This document shows positions 29,227-38,313 of a stretch of 64,000 nucleotides of DNA, piece after piece. This DNA is from Arcobacteraceae bacterium (GTDB taxonomy: Bacteria; Campylobacterota; Campylobacteria; Campylobacterales; Arcobacteraceae). Position numbers and translations under genes: made by a program. Position 1 is the first letter of the stretch, and every line of letters begins with the position of its first letter. The notes under the pieces were generated by a model that saw only the letters and a list, made by a program, of their open reading frames with translations, was not told the origin of the DNA and made no database searches. The stretch is from NCBI GenBank assembly GCA_048268245.1, contig JBLWVX010000002.1, forward strand, positions 32,001 through 96,000, written 5' to 3'.

Positions 29227-29919
29227 TTAATTTTTGATTTTTTTGTTTGTAACTAAATCTGGTCTAAAATATTTTGTCTTGCAAATAGCCAGATTATATT
29301 TTAAGTCGGCTATTTTACTGTGATTTCCCTTTAAGAATTCTTTAATGACACTTAAATTTTGGAAATTTTCAGGCTTTGAAAAAGATGGTGCTTCTAAGAT
29401 ATTATCTTCATAACTCTCCGTTACTAGTGAGTCTGAGTTACCAAGTACTCCATCTACATTTCTCGAAATTGCATCAGCCATAACTAATGATGGCAATTCG
29501 CCACCTGTTAGAATAAACTCTCCTATTGAAAATACTTCATTTGCATATTTTTCAATAACTCTTTCATCAATACCTTCATATCTCCCACTAACAAAAACTA
29601 TATTTTTCTTTTTTGCTAATCTTTTTGCATCATTTTGATTAAAAGGTTTTGCAGCAGCCAAAGGAAAAATAATATAAGCTTCTTCATTTTGCTCTTTGAT
29701 TTTATCTAAGCAATCAAAAAGTGGCTGAGGAGTCATAAGCATTCCAGCTCCTCCACCAACCATTTGTTTATCAACTTTATTATGTTTATTAGTAGTATAA
29801 TCTCTTGGATTATAAAACTCATAGTTAATAAAATTTGAATCAACTGCTCTTTTTAAAATCGAGTCTTGAAAGTATGGTTCTACTAAATTTGGGAAAAGTG
29901 TCACAAATGTAAATTTCAA
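29227..29919 (-). CDS. trmD: tRNA (guanine37-N1)-methyltransferase
   Basis: [27 protein letters not shown]. Confidence 0.97.
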   Translation of the reverse strand: MKFTFVTLFPNLVEPYFQDSILKRAVDSNFINYEFYNPRDYTTNKHNKVDKQMVGGGAGMLMTPQPLFDCLDKIKEQNEEAYIIFPLAAAKPFNQNDAKRLAKKKNIVFVSGRYEGIDERVIEKYANEVFSIGEFILTGGELPSLVMADAISRNVDGVLGNSDSLVTESYEDNILEAPSFSKPENFQNLSVIKEFLKGNHSKIADLKYNLAICKTKYFRPDLVTNKKIKN

Positions 29920-30015
29920 AGCAAGCCTTAATTTTTTGGGAATTTTATCTTATTTTAAATTAAGTTTAGTTTTTATTAGCTATACTTTGCCCTTAATTTT
30001 TATGAAAGGATCGTT

Positions 30016-30372
30016 GTGAAGTCACCAAGAGGTTTTGGAAAAAGCTATTTTACATTTGCTAGCATACTAGCTCATAGTGTTCAAAAGACTATTGAAAACC
30101 AAATTACTATTGCGAAAAAGACTTTACGATATAGATCATCTAAAAATGAGGATGAAGTACTAGAAGAGGAACCCCCTGATTTACTTTACACTTTATCTAT
30201 CATTACTAATCAAAATAAAGCTTGTCATTGTGACTGCCACTTTAGGAAAAAAACAAAAGTAGCTATCACTTTATTCAAGTTTATTCCTAGATGTCCATAT
30301 TATACTACTTATTTCGCATTTAGACGAACAGGAGTACACCCTCCACTATTATCTTTAAATTTCAATCAATAA
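30016..30372 (+). CDS. Hypothetical upstream ORF of metE, candidate leader/arrest peptide
   Basis: -10 TATACT 29981-29986, RBS AAAGGA, GTG start; CHCDCH and RRTGVHPP motifs. Confidence 0.65.
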   Translation: MKSPRGFGKSYFTFASILAHSVQKTIENQITIAKKTLRYRSSKNEDEVLEEEPPDLLYTLSIITNQNKACHCDCHFRKKTKVAITLFKFIPRCPYYTTYFAFRRTGVHPPLLSLNFNQ

Positions 30373-30409
30373 ATCATACAAACAAAAATAGAAAATTTAA
30401 GGATAAAGA

Positions 30410-32686
30410 ATGTCAAAAAATTATGTAATAGGATTTCCAAGAATTGGAGAACAAAGAGAGCTTAAAAAAGTTTTAGAGGAGTTTTGGTCAAATAAGTGTT
30501 CATTTGAAAAAGTAGAAGTTGTTGCAAAAGAGTTAAAGCAAAGACACTGGTCATATCAGCAAAAATCTGGAATTGATTTTATTTCATCAAATGATTTTTC
30601 ATTTTATGATAATGTTTTAGATACTTGTGTATTATTAAATGCTATTCCTAAAAGATTTAAAGATTTAGAAAATGAAGAATTATATTTTTCAATGGCAAGA
30701 GGTAATAAAAATAGTGTAGCAATGGAAATGACAAAATGGTTTAATACAAACTATCATTTTATAGTTCCAGAGTTAAGCTTAGAAGATGAATATAAATTAA
30801 ATGCTTCAAAAATCATAAATGAATATAAAGAAGCAAAAGAGTTTGGTTTAAAAACTAAAATCAATATTATAGGTCCACTTACATTTTTAGGATTATCAAA
30901 AAGAGTTGATAATGGTGATGTATATGAATTACATTCTAAAATTCTTCCTATATATAAAGAGTTATTAGAAGAGGTTTCAAAACTTGATGAGAGTGTTACT
31001 GTACAAATTGATGAACCTATTTTAGTAAAAGATAATGAAGTAAAAGTTTTAAGTTTAATAAAACCTACATATGATTTATTAGCAAATGTATCTAATAATA
31101 TTGATATTATTGTTACTACGTATTTTGAACACTCAAATGAAGCTACTAAAATTTTAGTAAATACACCTATTTATGCTTTAGGTCTTGACTTTTTATATGG
31201 TGTAAAAAACTTTGAAGTTTTAGATGATATTTCTAAAAGTGGGAAAAAATTAGTTGCAGGTGTAGTTGATGGTAGAAATATCTGGAAAAACAATATTCAA
31301 AATTCTTTAGAACTGTTAAGTAAAATAAGTAAATATATAAATAAAGAAGATTTAATTATCTCTTCATCTTGTTCACTACTTCATACTCCTTATACACTAA
31401 AATATGAAGAAAAAATGAAAAGTGAAATAAAAAATTGGCTTTCATATGCTTGTGAAAAACTTGATGAGCTAAATTTAATTACAAAAATATTTTTTGAAGG
31501 TGTCAATTCATTAAACGAAATTGAACAAAATGCTTACAATGAAAATATTGAATCTAATTATAATAGATTAAACTCTGAAATTATTCATGATAAGTCAGTA
31601 CAACAAAGAGTTGATAACTTCACAAAGTTAGAAAGAGAGGGCAGATATGAAGAAAGAATTAAATTACAAAAAGAGCTTCTAGGATACGAAGATTTAGCAA
31701 CTACTACAATTGGATCTTTCCCTCAAACTCCTGAAGTAAGAAAATCAAGAAGAGATTTCAAAAAAGGAGAGATTTCAAAAGAACAATACGAACAAGATAT
31801 AAAACAATATATTGATGATTGTATTGCTTTCCAAGAAGAGTGTGGAATTGAAGTATTAGTTCATGGAGAACCAGAAAGAAATGATATGGTTGAATACTTT
31901 GGTGAGCAATTAAAAGGTTATGGTTTCTCTCAAAATGGATGGGTTCAATCTTATGGAAGTAGATGTGTAAAGCCACCATTTATTTATGGAGATATTAGTA
32001 GACCTAAACCTATGACAATTGATTGGATTACATATGCTCAAAGTAAAACAGATAAAATCATGAAAGGAATGCTAACAGGTCCAGTTACGATTTTAAACTG
32101 GTCTTTTGTAAGAGATGATAAGCCAAGAAGTGAAGTATCAAAACAAATAGCAGTTGCACTAAGTGATGAAATTGATGATTTACAAAACGAAGGAATTAAA
32201 ATCATTCAAGTTGATGAAGCAGCCTTTAAAGAAGGTTATCCCTTAAGAGCTGAAAATATTAAAGAGTATGAAAACTGGGCAACAAGAGACTTTAAAATGT
32301 GTGTAAGTACAGCAAAAAAAGAGACTCAAATTCATACACACATGTGCTATAGTGAGTTTAATGACATTATTAAAACAATTGAAGATATGGATGCTGATGT
32401 TATCTCAATTGAGACAGCAAGAAGTGGAAATGAACTACTTAAAATCTTTAAAGAAGTAGGATATAAACAAGAAGTAGGACCTGGAATTTATGATATTCAT
32501 AGTCCTAGAGTTCCAAGTGTAGAAGAAATAAAAAAACAAATAGAACTTTTACTTGAAGTACTACCAAAAGAGCACTTATGGATAAATCCAGATTGTGGAT
32601 TAAAAACAAGAAAATGGGAAGAAGTGAAACCAAGCCTTACAAATATGGTTGAAGCAGTAAAACAAATAAGAAAGGATTATGAATAA
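30410..32686 (+). CDS. metE: Cobalamin-independent methionine synthase
   Basis: GFPRIG, EMTKWFNTNYH, HGEPERNDMVEYF, IHTHMCYSE, NPDCGLKTR. Confidence 0.98.
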   Translation: MSKNYVIGFPRIGEQRELKKVLEEFWSNKCSFEKVEVVAKELKQRHWSYQQKSGIDFISSNDFSFYDNVLDTCVLLNAIPKRFKDLENEELYFSMARGNKNSVAMEMTKWFNTNYHFIVPELSLEDEYKLNASKIINEYKEAKEFGLKTKINIIGPLTFLGLSKRVDNGDVYELHSKILPIYKELLEEVSKLDESVTVQIDEPILVKDNEVKVLSLIKPTYDLLANVSNNIDIIVTTYFEHSNEATKILVNTPIYALGLDFLYGVKNFEVLDDISKSGKKLVAGVVDGRNIWKNNIQNSLELLSKISKYINKEDLIISSSCSLLHTPYTLKYEEKMKSEIKNWLSYACEKLDELNLITKIFFEGVNSLNEIEQNAYNENIESNYNRLNSEIIHDKSVQQRVDNFTKLEREGRYEERIKLQKELLGYEDLATTTIGSFPQTPEVRKSRRDFKKGEISKEQYEQDIKQYIDDCIAFQEECGIEVLVHGEPERNDMVEYFGEQLKGYGFSQNGWVQSYGSRCVKPPFIYGDISRPKPMTIDWITYAQSKTDKIMKGMLTGPVTILNWSFVRDDKPRSEVSKQIAVALSDEIDDLQNEGIKIIQVDEAAFKEGYPLRAENIKEYENWATRDFKMCVSTAKKETQIHTHMCYSEFNDIIKTIEDMDADVISIETARSGNELLKIFKEVGYKQEVGPGIYDIHSPRVPSVEEIKKQIELLLEVLPKEHLWINPDCGLKTRKWEEVKPSLTNMVEAVKQIRKDYE

Positions 32687-32705
32687 TTAGAGCTTTTACT
32701 CTTGT

Positions 32706-32742
32706 AAAATAGTTTTTACTTCAATAGAGTAAAAACTATTTT
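32706..32742 (+). terminator. Hairpin after metE
   Basis: AAAATAGTTTTTACT/AGTAAAAACTATTTT. Confidence 0.65.
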
Positions 32743-32766
32743 TAGATATTATTCGCAAAATAAAAT

Positions 32767-33987
32767 ATGAAAAGTATAAAAATGATTACATTTGATAAAA
32801 TAAAAGAAGCACATAAAAATTTAGAAGGTGTAGCTCAAATTACACCAATGACAAAAGCTCCAATTTTAAGTGAAGACTTTGGTAGTGATATTTACCTAAA
32901 AAAGGAAAACTTACAACTAACGGGAAGCTTTAAATTAAGAGGTGCATATAATAGAATTGCGAATTTATCACAAGAGAAAAGAGATAAAGGTGTAGTTGCA
33001 GCAAGTGCAGGAAATCATGCACAAGGTTTAGCATTTGCTGCAAAACAATTTAACTGTGAAGCTACTATTTTCATGCCCGAAGCAACTCCTCTTACAAAAG
33101 TTTCAGGAGTTATGTCTCATGGTGCAAATGTTGTTTTAACTGGTGAAAATTTTGATGAAGCCTACGAGGCAGCTATGAAGTTTAAAGAAGAGAAAAACTG
33201 TGAATTTATTCACCCTTTTGCTGATGATGATGTAATAGCAGGACAAGGAACAGTTGCAATTGAAATTTTAGAAAAAATACCTGACTTAAAACAAATAGTT
33301 GTACCAATTGGTGGTGGTGGTTTAATTGCAGGAATTGCAATTGCAGCTAAAGCTATAAATCCAGATATTAAAATAATTGGTGTTGTTTCAAGTGGTGCTA
33401 CAGCAATGAAAGAGTCATATAAGTCACAAATGCCTCTTGATTCAAAATCAGTAAGAACTATTGCAGATGGAATTGCAGTAAAAAATGTAAACCCAAAACT
33501 TTTAAATATCATCATTGATTATGTTGACCATATTGTTGAAGTAACTGACAATGAAATTGCTAATGCTATTTTATTTTTACTAGAAAAACATAAGCTTGTA
33601 GTTGAAGGTGCAGGAGCTGTTGCAACAGCTGCAATTATGCATGATAAAATTGAAATGGATGATACAAAAGTTTGTGCACTTGTAAGTGGTGGGAATATTG
33701 ATGTTACTATGCTTGCACAAATTATTGAAAAAGGTTTAGTAAAATCAAATAGAAAAATGAATCTTATGGTAACACTTATGGATAAACCTGGTTCATTAAC
33801 ACATTTAAGTGAAATTTTTAGAGATTGTGGTGCAAATATTGTTCAAATAGATTATGACAGAGACTCGGTAAAACTGGACTTTGGAGAGGCATTAATCACA
33901 ATTTCTCTTGAAACAAAAGGTGAAGAACACCAAAAACAAATAAGAGAAAAATTGAAACAAAATGGTTACAAATTCAAACAAATTTAG
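32767..33987 (+). CDS. ilvA: Threonine ammonia-lyase with ACT domain
   Basis: ENLQLTGSFKLRGA, SAGNHAQG, PIGGGGL, SGGNID; start may be 32782. Confidence 0.95.
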   Translation: MKSIKMITFDKIKEAHKNLEGVAQITPMTKAPILSEDFGSDIYLKKENLQLTGSFKLRGAYNRIANLSQEKRDKGVVAASAGNHAQGLAFAAKQFNCEATIFMPEATPLTKVSGVMSHGANVVLTGENFDEAYEAAMKFKEEKNCEFIHPFADDDVIAGQGTVAIEILEKIPDLKQIVVPIGGGGLIAGIAIAAKAINPDIKIIGVVSSGATAMKESYKSQMPLDSKSVRTIADGIAVKNVNPKLLNIIIDYVDHIVEVTDNEIANAILFLLEKHKLVVEGAGAVATAAIMHDKIEMDDTKVCALVSGGNIDVTMLAQIIEKGLVKSNRKMNLMVTLMDKPGSLTHLSEIFRDCGANIVQIDYDRDSVKLDFGEALITISLETKGEEHQKQIREKLKQNGYKFKQI

Positions 33988-34089
33988 TTTAAATTAATAT
34001 CTAAATTGATATCTAAAGAAAGATTTTAGAAAAAAAACTATACAATGTACGACATAATTTAGTATTGAGTAACAACAAAAAGGAAAAAA

Positions 34090-34776
34090 ATGGAAGGAAG
34101 ACTGTTTACGTTCTTAGGTAGCATCGGTGGTCACGGTCAAGAATGGATAATCTTATCGCACTACATCTTAGTGATTGGTGTTATATTTTTAATAGCTAGA
34201 GCAGCTACTAAAAAAATTCAACTGGTTCCAACTGGTTCACAAAATGTTATGGAAGCATTCATTGGTGGTGTTGTGTCTATGGGTGCAGATACAATGGGTG
34301 AAAAAAACGCTAGAGTTTATATGCCATTAATTGGTTCATTAGGTTTAGTAATCGTTGTTGCTAACTTAATGGGTGTTATTCCAGGGTTTGAGTCTCCAAC
34401 AGCAAACATCAACTTTACATTATCATTAGCATTAATTGTTTTTATATACTATAATTACTTAGGTATTAAAACAAATGGTTTTGTTAATTACTTTAAGCAC
34501 TTTATGGGTCCTATGCCTGTACTAGCTCCATTAATGTTTCCTATTGAAATAATTTCTCATGTTTCAAGAATTATTTCTTTATCATTCAGACTTTTTGGTG
34601 CAATTAGAGGGGATGATATGTTCTTAATGGTATTATTAATGTTAGTACCATGGCTTGTTCCTTTATCTGGATTCTTTATGTTAACTGCATTCGGATTATT
34701 ACAAGCATTTATTTTCATGATTTTAACTTATGTTTATATTGCTGGTTCTATTATGATGGAGCATGAAGATCACTAA
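34090..34776 (+). CDS. atpB: F0 ATP synthase subunit a
   Basis: SPTANIN, SLSFRLFGAI, LQAFIF. Confidence 0.96.
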   Translation: MEGRLFTFLGSIGGHGQEWIILSHYILVIGVIFLIARAATKKIQLVPTGSQNVMEAFIGGVVSMGADTMGEKNARVYMPLIGSLGLVIVVANLMGVIPGFESPTANINFTLSLALIVFIYYNYLGIKTNGFVNYFKHFMGPMPVLAPLMFPIEIISHVSRIISLSFRLFGAIRGDDMFLMVLLMLVPWLVPLSGFFMLTAFGLLQAFIFMILTYVYIAGSIMMEHEDH

Positions 34777-34805
34777 TTATTAATTAGGAACTACATAAAG
34801 CACAT

Positions 34806-34838
34806 AAAAAGGGAAGGATTTTATCCTTCCCTTTTTTT
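34806..34838 (+). terminator. Intrinsic terminator after atpB
   Basis: GGGAAGGAT/ATCCTTCCC plus T-tract. Confidence 0.85.
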
Positions 34839-34901
34839 ATTAATATTATTATTAGTATTTACATATTATACTTAAGATAAAAATTTAACAAAAAGTATAA
34901 A

Positions 34902-35468
34902 ATGAAACCTCCTTTGAAAAAGTATCTTATTACTGACCCTAAATACTACTCAAATAATGTTGAGTTATTTAAAAAAAATCTACAAAGAATACTTCAAAAA
35001 AATAGTATTGACATTGCATGTTTTAGAGATAAAACAAGTGAAAATTTTGAAGAGTTAGCAGAAGTTTTTGTTCAAACTTGTAAAGAGTTTAATATAGAAA
35101 AAATCCTATTAAATAAAGATTTTAAACTAGCAAAAAAACTAGGTGCTACTGGTGTGCATTTAACTTCAGAACAATTTAAGAAAATTAAAAAAGCTAAAGA
35201 CTTAGACCTATATGTAATTATTTCATGTCACAATTTATCTGATATAGAAAAAGCCCAAGAATCATACGCAAATTCTGTTACATTCTCACCTATTTTTGAC
35301 ACTCCAAATAAAGGTGAACCAAAAGGTATAAATGCACTTGTTCAAGCTGTAAACTTATATGAAGATATGGATATTATAGCTTTAGGTGGAATTGTATCAA
35401 ATGAGCAAGTTAAACAGATAGAAAAAGCAAATCCTTATGGATTTGCTTCTATTAGATATTTTGTTTAA
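34902..35468 (+). CDS. Thiamine phosphate synthase family (ThiE/TenI-like)
   Basis: YLITD, FRDK, GVHL, SCH, SPIFDT..K, IALGGI. Confidence 0.82.
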   Translation: MKPPLKKYLITDPKYYSNNVELFKKNLQRILQKNSIDIACFRDKTSENFEELAEVFVQTCKEFNIEKILLNKDFKLAKKLGATGVHLTSEQFKKIKKAKDLDLYVIISCHNLSDIEKAQESYANSVTFSPIFDTPNKGEPKGINALVQAVNLYEDMDIIALGGIVSNEQVKQIEKANPYGFASIRYFV

Positions 35469-38200
35469 ACCTCATCTATAACAGAGTTTTCTTCATTTAA
35501 ATAAATAAGGTATGAAGATACCTTATTTGTATTAAAAATATCACTAATTGCTTTTTTATAGTGTCTTACTTGATTTTTATGTTCAAGTGAGTTTTCACTC
35601 TTAGTTGTTTTATAATCAAAAATATAATACTCATTACCTTTTTGTAAAAGTAAATCTATTATTTTCACTTTACCTTGATAAATAAGCGATTGTTCAGAAA
35701 TAAAAGTAGCATCTTCTAAAAAGTTTTGAAACTGTTTATTATCAATAAGATTTGTAATTCTTAACCTAATTTTCTCAAAATCTTCTTCTTTTAAATAATT
35801 AGAGTATCTTGAAATTGTAATCTTTAAACTATAATCTAAACTCTCGTAAGTAAACTTATTCATCATTTCTAAACAAAAGTGAGTTGCAATTCCAAAATAC
35901 CTTGCATATAAAATCTCACTACTACTATCTTTTTCTTTTGATATTTGTTGTTCTTGAATACCTAAATCCATAGGAGTATAATTAACTTTCTCAAAACTAT
36001 CAAAGTTTTTAGATATATTTGAGCTTAATTCCAACTGCCCGATTTTACAAGGACTCATATCTAAAATATCAAATACAGAAGATTTCTTCTTTTTAAAAAT
36101 AAGCATATTATTTTGTGCTCTTGTAAGTGCTACATATAAAATATTTATTTCATCTTGTAATGATAAAGACTTCTCTTTTGTAAGAGCTCTTGCATAATCA
36201 ATATTATAGTTTTCATAACCTTTTATCTTATAAAAAATATTTTTTAGATTTACACTATCATATTCAAAAAGAAGAGAACTTTTATCAGCATTTTTTCTTT
36301 TAATTCTATCAAGAAGAATAACTGTTTTAAACTCTAAACCTTTTGATTTAAAAATCGTTAGAATTTGAAGTCCAACTGTTTCACTATTTTGTATAGTAGC
36401 ATCTAACTTATCCACTTCATAAACAAAATCTACAATATTGTCATAGCTTTCACAAACCTCTATTAGCTTTATAATATTTTGATCAATAATCATTAAACTA
36501 GAAGCTATATCTTTTACGATTTTACTAACTGACTTTTTATCAAAATCAATTTGCAACTCTACAGGACTTGTAAGTTCTTTTCCAATTAAAGCATTTAAGT
36601 TCTCTTTGTAAATCTCTTTATTAAAATATAAATATTTAATAGCATTAATTACAGCTTTTACATTTTCTTGATTTACTAATCTTGAAGTCATTTCAGTAGA
36701 TATTTTAAGTTTAGGAAACTTCTTTTTTAAATAGTAATATAAACTTAATACATCATCATTTGTGTAAGTTAGAATTGCGATGTCATTTGAATTAATTCCA
36801 CTTTTAATTAAACTTGCAATTTTTGAAGCTACATTTTCAAACTTATCATCCTCATCTAAAGCTTCATCTTCAATAACTTCAATAAAACCACCTTTTTTAA
36901 TTGATTGCTGATTATGATACTCATAGTTTGGTACGTTTATAAAAAGTGAATTAACAAACTCTACTACATTTTGACTTGACCTATAGTTTGTATTTAAAAC
37001 TTCTACTTCTAATAGTCTATTCGTATTAGCTACATGATCAAAAAGCTCTTTTTTACCACCTCTAAATCTATATATAGACTGTTTTACGTCTCCAACATAA
37101 AAGAAAGTTTTAAATCTTGTCTCATCTCCTGATAATATTTCATCAATCAAAGGTTTTAAAATATTGTATTGAATCAATGAAGTATCCTGAAACTCATCAA
37201 TTAATATATGATTAAATTGTGAATCCAATCTAAAGTATAAGAACTCTTTGTCAATTTTAGTAGTTAATAAATCATAAACTAAATTTGAAATATCGTTAAA
37301 CTCTAAATAGTTTTTATTTTTGTTATAATTTAATTTAAACTCTTTAAACATTAAAAAAAGTTCAAAGAGTTTTGATAAACTATAATTTGCTCTTAATTTA
37401 TAGTAAGCTTGCAACTGTTGTTTTAAATCTGTAAAATAGTTTTCTAAAATTTCATTTGAACATTTTTTAAAATAACTATAATCACTTAATGCCTCTTTTG
37501 AAAGCCATGTTTTTTCAAACAGAGATTCAAAACTCTCAAAATCAACAGCTTTTTTAGCAGAGTTTGAAGCCACATCACAATTTAGGATGGCTTCTTTTAT
37601 TTTATATGCATATTTTAAAACCTCTTGTTTTTGAAGGTTTATTAAACTTCCATCAATATTTACAGGTTCAATTTTTTCATTTTTCTCAAGTAATATTTTA
37701 AATAGCTCAAAAATAGAATTAAACTTCTTCTTCTCATAAAGTGAGAAATCAATTAATGTGTCAAACTGTTGAACATTTAATGAAGCTAAAAACTTAATAC
37801 TTAAAGCTTCTATATCATCTTCTTTTATTTCAAAGTCATCAGATACTCCAATATAACCACAAAACTCTCTAAGAATTTTATTTACAAATTTATCAATTGT
37901 AAATATTGACAAAGTTGCATTTGAAAAAGATTTTACTAAAAACCCTTTCTTTCCTAAAATCTGTTCTTTACTCATAGATGATTGTTCACAAATTGCATTT
38001 AAGTATGCTTCATCATCTCCTAAAGTAAGTAGAGTTTTATATATCCTCTCACTCATTTCATTTGCTGCTTTATTTGTAAAGGTAAGAGTTAATATCTCAC
38101 TTGGTTTGGCACCTTTTAATAATAAAGTAATATATCTTACGGTTAATGCAAAAGTCTTTCCACTTCCTGCACTTGCTTTTAATGCTAAATATTTTTTCAT
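35465..38200 (-). CDS. addA: RecB-like helicase-nuclease AddA
   Basis: ASAGSGKT, LTFTNKAA, IDEFQDTS, GDVKQSIYRFR, YVALTRA, C-terminal IDLL...DYKT nuclease. Confidence 0.92.
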   Translation of the reverse strand: MKKYLALKASAGSGKTFALTVRYITLLLKGAKPSEILTLTFTNKAANEMSERIYKTLLTLGDDEAYLNAICEQSSMSKEQILGKKGFLVKSFSNATLSIFTIDKFVNKILREFCGYIGVSDDFEIKEDDIEALSIKFLASLNVQQFDTLIDFSLYEKKKFNSIFELFKILLEKNEKIEPVNIDGSLINLQKQEVLKYAYKIKEAILNCDVASNSAKKAVDFESFESLFEKTWLSKEALSDYSYFKKCSNEILENYFTDLKQQLQAYYKLRANYSLSKLFELFLMFKEFKLNYNKNKNYLEFNDISNLVYDLLTTKIDKEFLYFRLDSQFNHILIDEFQDTSLIQYNILKPLIDEILSGDETRFKTFFYVGDVKQSIYRFRGGKKELFDHVANTNRLLEVEVLNTNYRSSQNVVEFVNSLFINVPNYEYHNQQSIKKGGFIEVIEDEALDEDDKFENVASKIASLIKSGINSNDIAILTYTNDDVLSLYYYLKKKFPKLKISTEMTSRLVNQENVKAVINAIKYLYFNKEIYKENLNALIGKELTSPVELQIDFDKKSVSKIVKDIASSLMIIDQNIIKLIEVCESYDNIVDFVYEVDKLDATIQNSETVGLQILTIFKSKGLEFKTVILLDRIKRKNADKSSLLFEYDSVNLKNIFYKIKGYENYNIDYARALTKEKSLSLQDEINILYVALTRAQNNMLIFKKKKSSVFDILDMSPCKIGQLELSSNISKNFDSFEKVNYTPMDLGIQEQQISKEKDSSSEILYARYFGIATHFCLEMMNKFTYESLDYSLKITISRYSNYLKEEDFEKIRLRITNLIDNKQFQNFLEDATFISEQSLIYQGKVKIIDLLLQKGNEYYIFDYKTTKSENSLEHKNQVRHYKKAISDIFNTNKVSSYLIYLNEENSVIDEV

Positions 38201-38313
38201 AAACAAATCATACTAAAGTAATTGTTATAAAATACTATATCAATCATCAAAACTTAAACATTTTTATTATATTATTCCATTATTAACTATTATAATATTT
38301 TCAGGAACTCAGT

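Noticed and set aside
33997..34017. ATATCTAAA repeated at 12-bp spacing upstream of atpB
   Set aside because: Very AT-rich and seen once; cannot be told from chance
34090..34776. atpB separated from the other ATP synthase genes
   Set aside because: A split atp operon is normal in Campylobacterota
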